Source: a virus. From it: a stretch of DNA of 64,000 nucleotides. Positions 1 through 11,380 of the stretch are shown here, one piece after another (positions within the stretch are counted from its first letter, which is position 1; every line of letters starts with the position of its first letter). The notes under the pieces are model-generated. The model saw only the letters and a list, made by a program, of their open reading frames with translations, ran no database searches and was not told the origin of the DNA. The position numbers and the translations under genes were made by a program. The DNA is taken from IMG/VR virus record IMGVR_UViG_3300037963_003542, one strand, 5' to 3'.

Positions 1-3000
1 TCAGAAGAAGATCTGGCACTGCTTGATAATGCACAGGGATACTCTAACTATGCTGCTCCTGGAGCACATAGACTTAAGATCGGAGTAACATTAGTATCAA
101 GACCAATTGATTCACCAGATCAAAGAGATTTTGTTCAACTTTTAGAGATCAAGAATGGCATTTTTAATGCGACTGTAGAACTGTCTAATACCAATGGTCT
201 GATTGAAGATATTCTTGCAAGAAGAACTTTTGATGAGTCTGGGGACTATGTAGTAAGAGAATTCTTACTCAGTCTCAAAGAGAGTCTTGCAACTACTGAT
301 AATAATGGTGTATATACTGTTGCTCAAGGAGGAGCTGAAGATAAATTTGTAGCAGTTTTTGATCCAGGTAAAGCATATGTAAAAGGATATGAAATTGAAA
401 CAACCTCAACTAGATATGTTCAAATTGATAAAGCCAGAGATACACAGGTTCAAGAAAATAATGCAATTTCTCCTACAGAAGGATCTAATTTTACTGTAAA
501 AAATCTTCTCTCATTCCCTGACGTTGAAGAGAGAGCAGAGAATGTTACTGGTTTGGGTTTGGTTAACACAAATTCAAATCAAGAGGTTGTTCTATATAAC
601 AGACACACAGATGTGGAGTTTGGTGATACTACCGCCAACCTTGACGGCACAGCACCAGAAACTGATGCATATTTTGTTTTTACACTAACAAATCTTTCGG
701 TACAAACAAATCCTGTAACTGCTGGTGGTGGAGAAGCTAACTTCGCCAATGGCAATCTGACTGGAAAACTGTTTTCATATCACCTTAATGCAACAGGAGA
801 TAAAGCTGTTGCTGTGGGTAAACGTATTACTGGTACTGGTGCATGGGACATTGCAGACACCTTTAGTGTCACTGGTCTTACAGCAGAATTGAAGTCTGCT
901 GAAAGGATTACCACACCTTTTGTTGGTGTCGGAAAAACAAAATCTTTCAAGTTTCTTTCAGGAACTTCGAGCGATGGTGATTATGCAAAAGAATCTTTGT
1001 TTAAATATGGTTTATTTGGACTGGAGTATTTTGTAAGAATTAAGTGCAAAAATCCCATTGCCTTCACTGAAGGTAAATTTATTACTGGACAAACTAGTGG
1101 TGCTAGAGGTATTGTAGAACAAAAAATTCCAGATACTCGTGAACTCGTTCTTTCTAGAGTACTTGGTGAATTTGTAGAAGGAGAAACTCTTTTGTCTGAG
1201 CAAGATGGAAGCACAACTCCATATAACTTCATTGAAACAGAAGGAACAATTGAAGAATTTAAATTCAAGACTTTTGGATCAAATTACGCAGGAACCACTG
1301 GAGACATTACCGCAATCAACATCGGTGGAGTCAATAAGTTAACTGCAATTACTGAGACAAACATTACTGTAGATACTGGTGAAATTGTATCAATCTTAAT
1401 TACAAATGCAGCAGTAAGAGAAGCACTTGGTGCTTTCAATACTACACCTAAAGTTGAGATTGTTTCAAATAGTGGTACTGGTTGCATAGTCGAACCAGTA
1501 ATGAATTATAAGAATATTGTACCTTATAATTCATCCTTTGCGAGGAGTTATTTTGGATCAACCACTCAGAATGCTTTTGCTGGTGATATTGCTTCACTAG
1601 AATCAACTTTCTTTGTTGCTGGCGGAGCAACCTTTAGTGCAACTGAAGGGGACTATTTTATTTCTGCAGATAACTTGGGATCTAGACCAGATCTTGATCT
1701 GGTTGATGGAGACATTATCTCTCTTATGGATGATATTGGTACTAATAGAAAATATATTGTTAAGTTTGCCTGCATTGATGGTGCTGCGGAAACAGCAAGA
1801 ATTTATATCTATGGTGAGGTATTATCTGACTTTAGCACCAAGAATATCCAAAGAAAGCGTTCTAAGCTGTCTGGAGTCTCCTCTAATACACTTCTATTCC
1901 CACTTCCTAATAAACACGTCAAGACTCAGGTTTTAGATCCTAACAATACAGATATCAATTATACTGTTGCCAGAGAATTCTTAGGAAATTTTGATGCTAG
2001 TTCTCAGACTAGTATTAGTATCGGAACTAATGAACAGTTCTTAGGATACTCTTCAAATTATGTGATGTCTAATCCAACCACTGGAGATCTTTTTGATCTT
2101 GAAGGCAAAGTAACTATTGGTGCCAATGCCCAAAGTATCACTATTGATATGAGTGCTTACACTGGGTTTGCAAACATACCATATAAACTTATTGCTCCTG
2201 TAACAAAATCTGATACTTCTCCAAAAACTAAGATTCTTAGAAGTGATGCTGAGTATAACATTGCAACTGGAGTTAGCGACCCTGTAATTCCTCTTCAGTA
2301 TGCTGATGGATATAGATTGAAAGCAGTTTATATGTCAGCATCAGGGGCAGCAGCAACTAGTTCTGATGTTGAAGTTACTGATAGATATCTATTTGATGGC
2401 GGACAGAGAGATACTCACTATGATCTTGCAAGACTTATTTTAAAACCAGGCGAAATTGCTCCAACTAGACAGTTATTAGTAGTATATGATTACTTTGAGC
2501 ACATTGGTGGTGTTGGAACAGGTGTAGCAGGTAGTGGTTACTTTACTGTCGATTCCTATACTGGAATTGATTATGCGGATATTCCTAGCTATGAATCTTC
2601 TGTATATGGCAATATTTCACTGAGAGATGTTGTAGACTTTAGACCAAGAGTATCAGATTTTACTGGTCTTAGTTCAGCAACTGTTCTTCCTGGTTATAGC
2701 GATGCCAGAACTGTTGATGCTTTAAAATTCACGGGAACAGGATCATCTTCAGCACCATTGCCTATTGCAGGAACTAGATTTGAGTCTAGTTATGAATTTT
2801 ATCTGAATAGAATTGACTCTGTTTATATTTCTAAGTCTGGTAAATTTGTGGTTGCGAAGGGTACTCCTTCTCTCAATCCACAAGTTCCCGATGAAATCTC
2901 GGATGGAATTCTTCTGTATAATCTGAATATTCCAGCATATACTTACAAGTTATCTGATATCACGACCAAGAGTTTTGACAACCGTCGTTACACGATGCGT

Positions 3001-6000
3001 GACATCGGTAAACTTGAGAAGAGAATTGAGAAACTTGAATATTATACTGTACTTAGTCTGCTTGAGCAAGATACCTTCAACACTCAAGTTAGAGATGAGT
3101 TTGGTAACGACAGATTCAAGAATGGTATTCTTGTAGATAATTTTGAGGGTCATGGTGTTGGCAATACTTCCTCATTAGATTATAGGTGTTCTATTGATAC
3201 TCAAACTGGTGTGCTTAGACCAAGTTTTGCTTCTTCCCAGACTTCTCTCGAAGAAAGAAATATTACCACAGCACAAAGATCTGCTAGTGGTTATATTAGA
3301 AGTGGAAACTTGATCACACTTCCTTTCACTGAGCAAAGTACAGTGGTGAACAAATATGCCACCAAGGCTATTAAAATTAATCAGAACAAGTCATCAAAAT
3401 TCTCTGGAATGATGAAATTGACTCCTGATGTTGATGAATGGAAAGATACAACTAAATCACCAGAATTAATTGTAAATGAAAACTCAGTATTTGATGTTAT
3501 CAAAAATGATAACAATTCTTGGGGTAGTTTTTGGAATGAGTGGCAAATTTCTTGGACTGGTACGCCAACTTATACGCTGAATAACTCTACTAACAGCACT
3601 GGTGCTCAGTTTGCTTCTGATCCTAATTTAGTTATTAAAGGAAAAACTAGAACTAGAAGCAGAAATGGTACTCAGAATAGATTGTCGCCATATGGTGCAT
3701 CTTCTGCTGATAGAGGTCAGAGAGCTGTTTCGTCACCATATATTCCTTATATCAGATCAAAACTAGTAAAATTTGTTGCAGAAGGTCTTGAGCCAGACAC
3801 TCAACTTTTTGCCTTCTTTGATGGCATTGAAGTTTCTTCATGGGTGGACCCAGATGATGTTACTAATATCACTACTCCATTCACAGGAAAAGCTGGTTAT
3901 GCAGAGAAAGGTTTTGGTGAAAAAATTGTTACCGATGATAAAGGTAGAATTAGTGGATATTTCTTAATCCCTAATGGATACGCCCCTGTAAAATCAAAGA
4001 AATCTCTGAGTTTTTCTAATGATCCCAAAACATTCTTTGATACAAGCACCACTAAGAGATCCTTCATTGCTGGAACTAAATCATTCAGATTGACCTCAAG
4101 TTCCACTAACTCATCTAATTCTGCTGATGTTACTACATTTGCAGAAGCAGTATACACTGTGAGTGGTCTTCCAAATACTACCACTAATTCGATTCAATCG
4201 ACTAGAGTTCCTTACATTAACAGAAGATCTACTTCCAACTCCGACACAGTTCAGTATGTTGGAAGTTCTTTGGTTAATGTAAACCAAACTGGACTCTTAG
4301 ATCCTCTCGCACAGAACTTTAGAGTATCTGGATTTGATGGAGGGGTATTCTTATCCAGTATAGATTTATTCTTCAAGAATAAGCAGACACCAACTGATGA
4401 AGATACAAATAGACCAGTATCAATTTATGTAACAGATACTAATGGTGGTCTTCCCACTAGAAATGTCATTCCTTTCAGCGAAGTCAGCATGAACGCTGAC
4501 ACTGAACTTAGAATCAAGATTAATACTACTGTTCCAAATGGAGAGACTCTTCTTGCTGGAGAAACTATTAATGGATCCGTCTCTGGTGCATCTGGAACAA
4601 TTAAAAGTGATTTAACTGTTACTAATACTGACACCAGATATACTTTAACACTTTCCAATCACAATGGTGTTGATTTTATTGCAGGTGAAGCATTCACAGT
4701 AAATAGATCTCCATCTATTGCAACCACAACATTTAATATTGATGAAGATTCTGGTGTAGTTGACAGAATTAGAGTTACCTCATTCGGTAGTGGTTATGAT
4801 GAACTCACAACATCTGTAAATGTTTTTGGTGAAAATGGAGGAACGTTTGGTTCAAACGCTACCGCCTCAGCAAAACTTTATGATGGTAGAGTTTATGAAA
4901 TTGAAGTAACAAATAGAGGTTCAAATTATTATATTGCACCAAATGTGACTATTAACGGTGGTGATGGTCAGGCATCTGCAGAAGCGGTTCTTAGAATTAC
5001 TAATCCTGCAGTCAAAATGGGAATTTCCACCTCAACTGATGCTGAAGTTAAAACCAGATTTAGATTTGAGTCACCAATACATTTGCAAAATGATTCGACA
5101 TATTCAGTTGTTGTTTCATCTTCATCTTCCGATTATGAAATCTACAGTTCCAAAGTTGGAGATGCACTTATTGGAAGTTCTGTTGTTGCATCACCACAAT
5201 CTCATGTTGGTTCTCTGTTTAAATCACAAAATTCCACAGCTTGGACACAAGATTCTGCCGAAGCAGTTAAGATTGCAGTAAACAGATGTGTGTTTACAAC
5301 TAATTCTACAGCATCTATTGAACTTAGGAATGAAGATTTAGATTATGCATCTCTTCCCGAAAATCCAATCACAGTTGATAATACTGATGGATCTTCTGAT
5401 TTATTTGGCACTAATCAAAAGGTTCTTCGTATTAAGCATCCTAATCATGGAATGAAGGATGGTGACTTTATTATCCTTAAGGATGTTGCTGGATCGGGAG
5501 CAAACAATTCAATCTATGGTATTCCAGTCACATTAATCAATGGATTCCATACTGTGGCGAATGTTGGTCTTGACGACTACTGCATCCAGCTTAATAGTAC
5601 GTTATGGAATACTGAAAATGTTATCATGACTGGTAGTGGATCTGGCGGCGGCAATTCTGTAAGAGCTACAACTAATAAGTTGTATCAAATTGCAACTCCA
5701 CAGATTGCAATGTTAACGTTCCCTTCGTCATCAGTATCACATACTATTAAAACCGCGTATGGTAGACCAATTGATTTACCAGAAACGGAAGATGCTAAGG
5801 AATATGAAATTTCTCCTACATTTAATGTAAGTCCAAATGACAACTATTATTTTGAAGAGTCTAGAATTATTGGATCACATGTTAATGAAGTTTATCGTAA
5901 TCAACCATCACTTCTGAATAATAATAAGTCTGTCACTTATACTATTTCAATGAGCACAGATCAGGATAACCTTTCTCCTGTTCTTGACCTTGATCGCTGT

Positions 6001-6936
6001 AATTTAATTACGGCTTCTAGTAGAATGGATAATCCTATTGGAACTGAAGATAGATTTGGTGCTACTTCTCAGACTCTCACAGTTCCACTATCTTCTGATT
6101 ATTCTGTATCTACAGTTTCTCCAGATGTTGTACAGTCTGCGAAATTTACTGTAAGTAACGTAACTGGCGGAACATTTACAAATACTATCGACAGTGCAAC
6201 TAGATTAACCCAAGCTGGTACTGGTGCATCTGGTCAAATTGTAAGAGTCGTAGGTGATGTTTTAGATCTTATCGATATCTCAGGAACATTTGTTGATGGC
6301 AGTCAAGTTACTCAAGATACTACCACTGCAACGTTAGTAGACACTACGATAAAAACTGGTATTGTTGTTGGATGGGATGCTGGAACTGGAAATCTGAAGG
6401 TTAAATTGATTACTGCTAATAAATTCTCTAGTGGGGATTTGATTGATGATACTAATGCTGGAACTTCTCCTGTAACTGCAAGAGAAATCGGAACAGTATC
6501 AGAGAGTAAAGGTTTCCTTTATGTTGATGAAACAACATTCAATAGTTCTACTGCATCTAAATATATCACGAAGGAAGTAACTCTAGACAGTCCCGCAACA
6601 GCATTAGATTGTAAGATTACAGCTAATCTGTTTAATAATGAAAATGTGAAGATTCTGTATAAGATTCGTCCAGATGGAAGTTCTGAAAACTTTGTTGATA
6701 TTGGTTGGCAATATTTTAACGGAACTGGACTTTCTGATAACAATTCAAGTATCACGCCCAATAGCACGATATCGTTATCGACTTCAGTTGAGGACATGAA
6801 TTCTTATCTTGAATATGCTTACACTGCAGACAATCTGAAACCATTCTCAGCGTTTGCAATTAAGATAGTCTTTGCTGGAACTAATCCAGCACTTGCTCCC
6901 CGAATTGAAGATCTTCGCGTAATTGCACATTCATGA
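1..6936 (+). CDS. Large virion structural protein, VrlC/DUF4815-like (5' truncated by window edge)
   Basis: Frame 1 reads from base 1 (SEEDLALLDNAQGYSNYAAPGAHRLKI, typical of this family) into the 2127-aa ORF called at 553; also contains RRYTMRDIGKLEKRIEKLEYY and RFKNGILVDNF. The start lies upstream of the window. Confidence 0.88.
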   Translation, partial: SEEDLALLDNAQGYSNYAAPGAHRLKIGVTLVSRPIDSPDQRDFVQLLEIKNGIFNATVELSNTNGLIEDILARRTFDESGDYVVREFLLSLKESLATTDNNGVYTVAQGGAEDKFVAVFDPGKAYVKGYEIETTSTRYVQIDKARDTQVQENNAISPTEGSNFTVKNLLSFPDVEERAENVTGLGLVNTNSNQEVVLYNRHTDVEFGDTTANLDGTAPETDAYFVFTLTNLSVQTNPVTAGGGEANFANGNLTGKLFSYHLNATGDKAVAVGKRITGTGAWDIADTFSVTGLTAELKSAERITTPFVGVGKTKSFKFLSGTSSDGDYAKESLFKYGLFGLEYFVRIKCKNPIAFTEGKFITGQTSGARGIVEQKIPDTRELVLSRVLGEFVEGETLLSEQDGSTTPYNFIETEGTIEEFKFKTFGSNYAGTTGDITAINIGGVNKLTAITETNITVDTGEIVSILITNAAVREALGAFNTTPKVEIVSNSGTGCIVEPVMNYKNIVPYNSSFARSYFGSTTQNAFAGDIASLESTFFVAGGATFSATEGDYFISADNLGSRPDLDLVDGDIISLMDDIGTNRKYIVKFACIDGAAETARIYIYGEVLSDFSTKNIQRKRSKLSGVSSNTLLFPLPNKHVKTQVLDPNNTDINYTVAREFLGNFDASSQTSISIGTNEQFLGYSSNYVMSNPTTGDLFDLEGKVTIGANAQSITIDMSAYTGFANIPYKLIAPVTKSDTSPKTKILRSDAEYNIATGVSDPVIPLQYADGYRLKAVYMSASGAAATSSDVEVTDRYLFDGGQRDTHYDLARLILKPGEIAPTRQLLVVYDYFEHIGGVGTGVAGSGYFTVDSYTGIDYADIPSYESSVYGNISLRDVVDFRPRVSDFTGLSSATVLPGYSDARTVDALKFTGTGSSSAPLPIAGTRFESSYEFYLNRIDSVYISKSGKFVVAKGTPSLNPQVPDEISDGILLYNLNIPAYTYKLSDITTKSFDNRRYTMRDIGKLEKRIEKLEYYTVLSLLEQDTFNTQVRDEFGNDRFKNGILVDNFEGHGVGNTSSLDYRCSIDTQTGVLRPSFASSQTSLEERNITTAQRSASGYIRSGNLITLPFTEQSTVVNKYATKAIKINQNKSSKFSGMMKLTPDVDEWKDTTKSPELIVNENSVFDVIKNDNNSWGSFWNEWQISWTGTPTYTLNNSTNSTGAQFASDPNLVIKGKTRTRSRNGTQNRLSPYGASSADRGQRAVSSPYIPYIRSKLVKFVAEGLEPDTQLFAFFDGIEVSSWVDPDDVTNITTPFTGKAGYAEKGFGEKIVTDDKGRISGYFLIPNGYAPVKSKKSLSFSNDPKTFFDTSTTKRSFIAGTKSFRLTSSSTNSSNSADVTTFAEAVYTVSGLPNTTTNSIQSTRVPYINRRSTSNSDTVQYVGSSLVNVNQTGLLDPLAQNFRVSGFDGGVFLSSIDLFFKNKQTPTDEDTNRPVSIYVTDTNGGLPTRNVIPFSEVSMNADTELRIKINTTVPNGETLLAGETINGSVSGASGTIKSDLTVTNTDTRYTLTLSNHNGVDFIAGEAFTVNRSPSIATTTFNIDEDSGVVDRIRVTSFGSGYDELTTSVNVFGENGGTFGSNATASAKLYDGRVYEIEVTNRGSNYYIAPNVTINGGDGQASAEAVLRITNPAVKMGISTSTDAEVKTRFRFESPIHLQNDSTYSVVVSSSSSDYEIYSSKVGDALIGSSVVASPQSHVGSLFKSQNSTAWTQDSAEAVKIAVNRCVFTTNSTASIELRNEDLDYASLPENPITVDNTDGSSDLFGTNQKVLRIKHPNHGMKDGDFIILKDVAGSGANNSIYGIPVTLINGFHTVANVGLDDYCIQLNSTLWNTENVIMTGSGSGGGNSVRATTNKLYQIATPQIAMLTFPSSSVSHTIKTAYGRPIDLPETEDAKEYEISPTFNVSPNDNYYFEESRIIGSHVNEVYRNQPSLLNNNKSVTYTISMSTDQDNLSPVLDLDRCNLITASSRMDNPIGTEDRFGATSQTLTVPLSSDYSVSTVSPDVVQSAKFTVSNVTGGTFTNTIDSATRLTQAGTGASGQIVRVVGDVLDLIDISGTFVDGSQVTQDTTTATLVDTTIKTGIVVGWDAGTGNLKVKLITANKFSSGDLIDDTNAGTSPVTAREIGTVSESKGFLYVDETTFNSSTASKYITKEVTLDSPATALDCKITANLFNNENVKILYKIRPDGSSENFVDIGWQYFNGTGLSDNNSSITPNSTISLSTSVEDMNSYLEYAYTADNLKPFSAFAIKIVFAGTNPALAPRIEDLRVIAHS

Positions 6937-7136
6937 GTAAAATAAAAGTTGAAGGTCACAGCAACCTCTATCGGGATCCTGATAGCGGTGCTGTGATTAA
7001 CTCTAGTCAGACAGACTATGAGCGTTATATGAAAGCGAAAGCAAATAGAGAAGGGATGGTTTCGGAGATAAATACTTTGAAGCAAGAACTTGATGAAATC
7101 AAGCAGTTATTAAAGAAACTTACCAATGGCAATTAG
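6933..7136 (+). CDS. Small conserved hypothetical protein with C-terminal coiled coil
   Basis: 67 aa; ATGA overlap with the upstream stop; KVEGHSNLYRD...GAVIN pattern resembles the small gene after VrlC-like genes in cyanomyoviruses. Confidence 0.8.
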   Translation: MSKIKVEGHSNLYRDPDSGAVINSSQTDYERYMKAKANREGMVSEINTLKQELDEIKQLLKKLTNGN

Positions 7137-9120
7137 AGAAGTCCTTACAAGCTTTACGTTTGAACAACAGCGCCAGATGATTAACCTCATCGGTGCCGAT
7201 GTTGGTGATGCATCTACATTATTGACGCCGACAAATGTACTTGTCAGTGGCATCAATGAAATTGTCAATGGTGATGTTGATTTGATCAATCAAACTCATG
7301 GTATGGATGCTGGAACATCAGCATCTCCAAGTTTATATTGGGATGCTGGTCAAGGTTTTTACAAGGTAGATGCAACCAAAATTGCTCTTACCACCAGTCT
7401 TTCTGTTACTGGTAATTTAGAAGTAGACGGAGATATTACATTTAGAGCAGGATCTGGATCGGGTGGTACACTGACATTCGGTGATCTTGATACTGACAAT
7501 ATTATTTTCAATGCAGATGTTCAGTCAAGTGTTGTTCCAGATAGCACTGCAAATTATAACTTAGGTTCTGCCACAAAGCAGTGGAATAATCTCTGGATTG
7601 ATGGTACTGCTAGTATCGATACATTGGAAGTTGATGATAACTCAACATTTGTAGGATATCTTCAGGTAGACTCTGGTGATATTAGAGTTCCTTCGACGAC
7701 TACTACTGTAGATCTGTTTGATGACTATGCTACCACAGTAGAAGCATTTGGTGATGCTACTTCTATTCGTATTGGTGAGACTTCAGGAACTCTGACTCTC
7801 AGAAATCCTACCATTGTTGGATCAGAAGCAACACAAAATCTTTTTAACACAGTAGCAACTACAGTCAATGCTTTCGGTGCTGCAACTACCATTAACATTG
7901 GTGTTTCTGGTGGTGGTGGAAATAGTAACCTGAATCTTCTTAGTGATGACGTTGTTTGTTCTGGTGACCTTAACATTAACGGCGGTGAACTTCTTTCTTC
8001 GTCAGCCACTTTTGATCTTCTGATTGCCCAAACTGATATTCGTATTGGTAATTCAGGTAGTGCTGGAACAATAACGGCAAACACCGAGCTTCAGTTGAAG
8101 GAAGATTTAAAATTTACAAATACATCTAACAATTACATTTATATTCCAGACGGACAAGTAAATGCTTTAGCCGTTAGAAAAACTGGTAGCACAAACAATG
8201 ACTGGATGCAATTTAGAACCGATAGTGGTAATGAAAGAGTTGTTGTCTGGAAAGACCTCTACGTTGTAGGTAACATTGATATTTCTGGAACTACGACTAC
8301 TATTGATAGTACAACTTTACTCGTAGAAGATAAGAACATTGAACTTGGCAATGTTACTGTTCCCTCAGATTCTACAGCTGACGGTGGTGGAATTACACTG
8401 AAAGCTACGACAGACAAGACGATTACTTATAATAATACCAGTGGACGTTGGGAAACTAATATTGGACTTCAGGTAAATGATGAGTTATATTCATCCAGCA
8501 ATATTATCGTCAAGAGTACTACTGCTACAGATGGATTTCTTGTCCGAGATGCTGCTGATACTACATGGAATGTTGTTATTCCAGGAACTGGAGCTGCCAC
8601 CTTTGGACAAGCTTCAAACTCCACAGGAAATAATGGTGTAGCAGTTGGTGGTAATAATGGTACTTTAAATGTCTATACTGATAGATACTCGACAGACTGT
8701 TTCCAAATTCTTAATACATCTGGTAGTGGTACAAACATTGCACTAAAAGCTTACGGCAATGGTGATCTTGAAATGGCTGGTGTTATCAGTGACTCAATGG
8801 GTCCACTGAGAAGAGTTGGCATTGATAATGTTAGCGGCGGCAGCGGAATTATAGGTACGTCAGCTGCAGGTAAACTTCTAAGAGTAAGTTCATCAAATAT
8901 TACTCTTACAATCCCATCAGGCACATATACCGCTGGCGATATGATTACTTTCTTCAACGTGTCCTCTACTGATCTGACAATTGCACAAGGCAGTAGTACA
9001 ACAATTTATAACTCTGCTGATGGCACTACTGGAAACAGAACACTAGCTGCAAAAGGTTTGGCTACCCTTGTTTGCACTGCTAGCAATGAGTTTGTAATCT
9101 CTGGTACTCAGTTAAGCTAA
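7126..9120 (+). CDS. Tail fibre-like virion protein
   Basis: 664 aa; N-terminal FTFEQQRQMIN motif, G/T/S/D-rich beta repeats, C-terminal GNRTLAAKGLATLVC...FVISG domain typical of marine phage fibres. Confidence 0.75.
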   Translation: MAIREVLTSFTFEQQRQMINLIGADVGDASTLLTPTNVLVSGINEIVNGDVDLINQTHGMDAGTSASPSLYWDAGQGFYKVDATKIALTTSLSVTGNLEVDGDITFRAGSGSGGTLTFGDLDTDNIIFNADVQSSVVPDSTANYNLGSATKQWNNLWIDGTASIDTLEVDDNSTFVGYLQVDSGDIRVPSTTTTVDLFDDYATTVEAFGDATSIRIGETSGTLTLRNPTIVGSEATQNLFNTVATTVNAFGAATTINIGVSGGGGNSNLNLLSDDVVCSGDLNINGGELLSSSATFDLLIAQTDIRIGNSGSAGTITANTELQLKEDLKFTNTSNNYIYIPDGQVNALAVRKTGSTNNDWMQFRTDSGNERVVVWKDLYVVGNIDISGTTTTIDSTTLLVEDKNIELGNVTVPSDSTADGGGITLKATTDKTITYNNTSGRWETNIGLQVNDELYSSSNIIVKSTTATDGFLVRDAADTTWNVVIPGTGAATFGQASNSTGNNGVAVGGNNGTLNVYTDRYSTDCFQILNTSGSGTNIALKAYGNGDLEMAGVISDSMGPLRRVGIDNVSGGSGIIGTSAAGKLLRVSSSNITLTIPSGTYTAGDMITFFNVSSTDLTIAQGSSTTIYNSADGTTGNRTLAAKGLATLVCTASNEFVISGTQLS

Positions 9121-9134
9121 GGAGGTACTCGGAT

Positions 9135-11114
9135 ATGATGCAACAAATGTTTCTCGGTTATGGCAGATCCTCTGGAGGAGGAGGCGGTGGCGGTACTATT
9201 GCCCCTCTTATGTTTGGTGTTGATAATTCATCAAATTCTTTTGATACATCAACAACAACTGTTGGTAAATTTGTAAAAGATTATACTTGGTCCACATGGG
9301 GAGATGGTGTAACTGGAAGTAGATTAGGATCAGATAATGGTGGCGTTGGAGTTAATAGTGCTCAAGTTGTTAGAGCTAAAGTTTTTAGTGATTATGCAAG
9401 TGCAACTAGTGGATATAATCATGCTCCATATAAAGCATTTGACGGTGGAGTTACGACATTTTGTGAACCATCTGATAATTCCAGAGTAACATTTGACTTT
9501 ACAAGTATGCCTGGTGGTGGAATTGCTGTAAGTAGTTCCTTGAAAATGTATCTGAATAAAGCGGGTACTCCTGCTGCTGAGGACTTTACTGTCAATGGAA
9601 CATTTCTTGGTGGTAGTGTTCCCAATAATGGTTGGTTAACAATTAGTGGTGTTTCATTACTTGAAACAATTAGTTTCTATCATGCTAGTGGTAGTTCTTC
9701 AGTGGAATTAAAAGCTGTAGAAGTTGATAGTGTAATGTTAGAAGATATTCCAGACTACGTTGAATATTCAATTTCTACTGATTCTAGTTCCAGATACTTA
9801 TGGTCTTCTAATGACGGTGAGCATTGGAGTCATTCTGGATTTAACAATGATACTGCCAGCGCCACAATTAAAGTAAAAACAAGATATCTTGGATGGGCTT
9901 CTGGTTCTAATAGTTCAACAACTACAGTTTCTGGAGCATATCCTGATAGCGTACATTGGTTCCAACCTTATGGACAGACTGCAAATAAACTGAGACATTT
10001 CCGTTTTTATGGATCTAATGCCCCTCCAGGATCTGTTGACGGAGCACCTATCCAACTTCACCAAGCACCCAACAGACCAAATTACTACTCTAACGTAGTA
10101 AACAATGGTGGTTATGACATGCCACAAAATGCTCAGGTGTATAGTGGTATGCTCTCATCTGGTGGTTTGAAAACTCCATTGAATGGATTTCATGGTGGTC
10201 TGAGTACAAGTGGTGGTAGATCTGAAGGTACTGGTGGTCTCACATTTACACCATCAACACCAATTACTTTCACTGACAAAGTAAGAGTATATGATAGCAA
10301 TGACGTTACTAAATCTCAAGTAAATAGTGGGTCATTTGTCCAACATGCTGCAAATAGTTGGGTAGATGTAGCAACTGGTGGTGGTACTATCAATAGTATG
10401 TACTTTGTAAGAACTGACAATAGTGGGTGGGATGCTGGTTTTATGGCTATTGAAGTTGATGGTAAGATTTTATCAGATGCTTCTGGATTTAATGGTGGCA
10501 ATCTTGCTGCTAATATCAGTAATTCTGACTGGGATCATTATAAAGGTGGTTGCACAAGACTCTTTGACGGTGGATTTAGACTTGATTTAATTAATCCAGA
10601 ATCTTCAGATTTCTTTGTTGGATTCTGGATTAAATGGAATGACTGGTCAAATTCCAGACAGTTTGGTCTTGATTTATTTGGCGGTTATGTTTATTTTGAA
10701 ACGATTAATAATAATGGAACCATTGGCATTAGACATAATGGAGGAAGTAGAGCAGATAGTAGTGCTACTGATTTAGAGGATGGCAACTGGCATCATGTTG
10801 CATTAAGTAGATCTGGGTCTACACTTTATGGATTCGTTGATGGCACTTCAGTAGTTAGCACAACTTCTGGTGTCTCTGGTAATAGTCTCGGGGCTAATGA
10901 AAAAATTGTCATTTATGGCGTTAGTGGAACATCATATAATGTGAATGATGCTCAAATTATGGATCTTTATGTTAGCCGTACAGGAACAGGAAGTAATTTC
11001 AGTCTTCCCGATCCACTGATTGCCACTGATGGATCTATCAATCATCCTGCTAGTCTTGATGTAGATTCTGCAATTTATGCAAGTCCTTTGGCAGATCTTG
11101 AAAATAAAGCTTGA
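9135..11114 (+). CDS. Putative receptor-binding/fibre-tip protein with C-terminal LamG (ConA-like) domain
   Basis: 659 aa; SD GGAGG upstream; starts MMQQMFLG plus poly-Gly; two related beta-sandwich repeats ending AVEVDSVMLED and AIEVDGKILSD; LamG motif DGNWHHVALSRSGSTLYGFVDG. Confidence 0.75.
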   Translation: MMQQMFLGYGRSSGGGGGGGTIAPLMFGVDNSSNSFDTSTTTVGKFVKDYTWSTWGDGVTGSRLGSDNGGVGVNSAQVVRAKVFSDYASATSGYNHAPYKAFDGGVTTFCEPSDNSRVTFDFTSMPGGGIAVSSSLKMYLNKAGTPAAEDFTVNGTFLGGSVPNNGWLTISGVSLLETISFYHASGSSSVELKAVEVDSVMLEDIPDYVEYSISTDSSSRYLWSSNDGEHWSHSGFNNDTASATIKVKTRYLGWASGSNSSTTTVSGAYPDSVHWFQPYGQTANKLRHFRFYGSNAPPGSVDGAPIQLHQAPNRPNYYSNVVNNGGYDMPQNAQVYSGMLSSGGLKTPLNGFHGGLSTSGGRSEGTGGLTFTPSTPITFTDKVRVYDSNDVTKSQVNSGSFVQHAANSWVDVATGGGTINSMYFVRTDNSGWDAGFMAIEVDGKILSDASGFNGGNLAANISNSDWDHYKGGCTRLFDGGFRLDLINPESSDFFVGFWIKWNDWSNSRQFGLDLFGGYVYFETINNNGTIGIRHNGGSRADSSATDLEDGNWHHVALSRSGSTLYGFVDGTSVVSTTSGVSGNSLGANEKIVIYGVSGTSYNVNDAQIMDLYVSRTGTGSNFSLPDPLIATDGSINHPASLDVDSAIYASPLADLENKA

Positions 11115-11143
11115 TTGACACACTAAATAAATCGTAGTATAAT
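11115..11143 (+). promoter_or_regulatory. Consensus sigma70-type early promoter
   Basis: TTGACA (11115-11120), 17-nt spacer, TATAAT (11138-11143); the spacer also contains a late-like CTAAATA. Confidence 0.85.
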
Positions 11144-11164
11144 TATCCTGAACTGAGGAATAAT

Positions 11165-11377
11165 ATGGAACCCGCAACTCTTCGTGAAAACTTTACGACC
11201 CAATTTGAAAACGCTATTTCTGAAATCAAGAATCTTGAATCTCAACTGACAGCAAAACGAGAACTTGCATTAAAATTGAAAGGTGCTCTTGAAGCAATCG
11301 ACATTATGGATCCTCCCGCTGCAGCCGAAGAAACTGCCGAGGCAGTTGCCGAAGCAGAACCAGTAGCAGCAGAATAA
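11165..11377 (+). CDS. Small coiled-coil hypothetical protein
   Basis: 70 aa; SD GAGGA; heptad pattern plus Ala/Glu-rich tail. Confidence 0.8.
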   Translation: MEPATLRENFTTQFENAISEIKNLESQLTAKRELALKLKGALEAIDIMDPPAAAEETAEAVAEAEPVAAE

Positions 11378-11380
11378 TTC

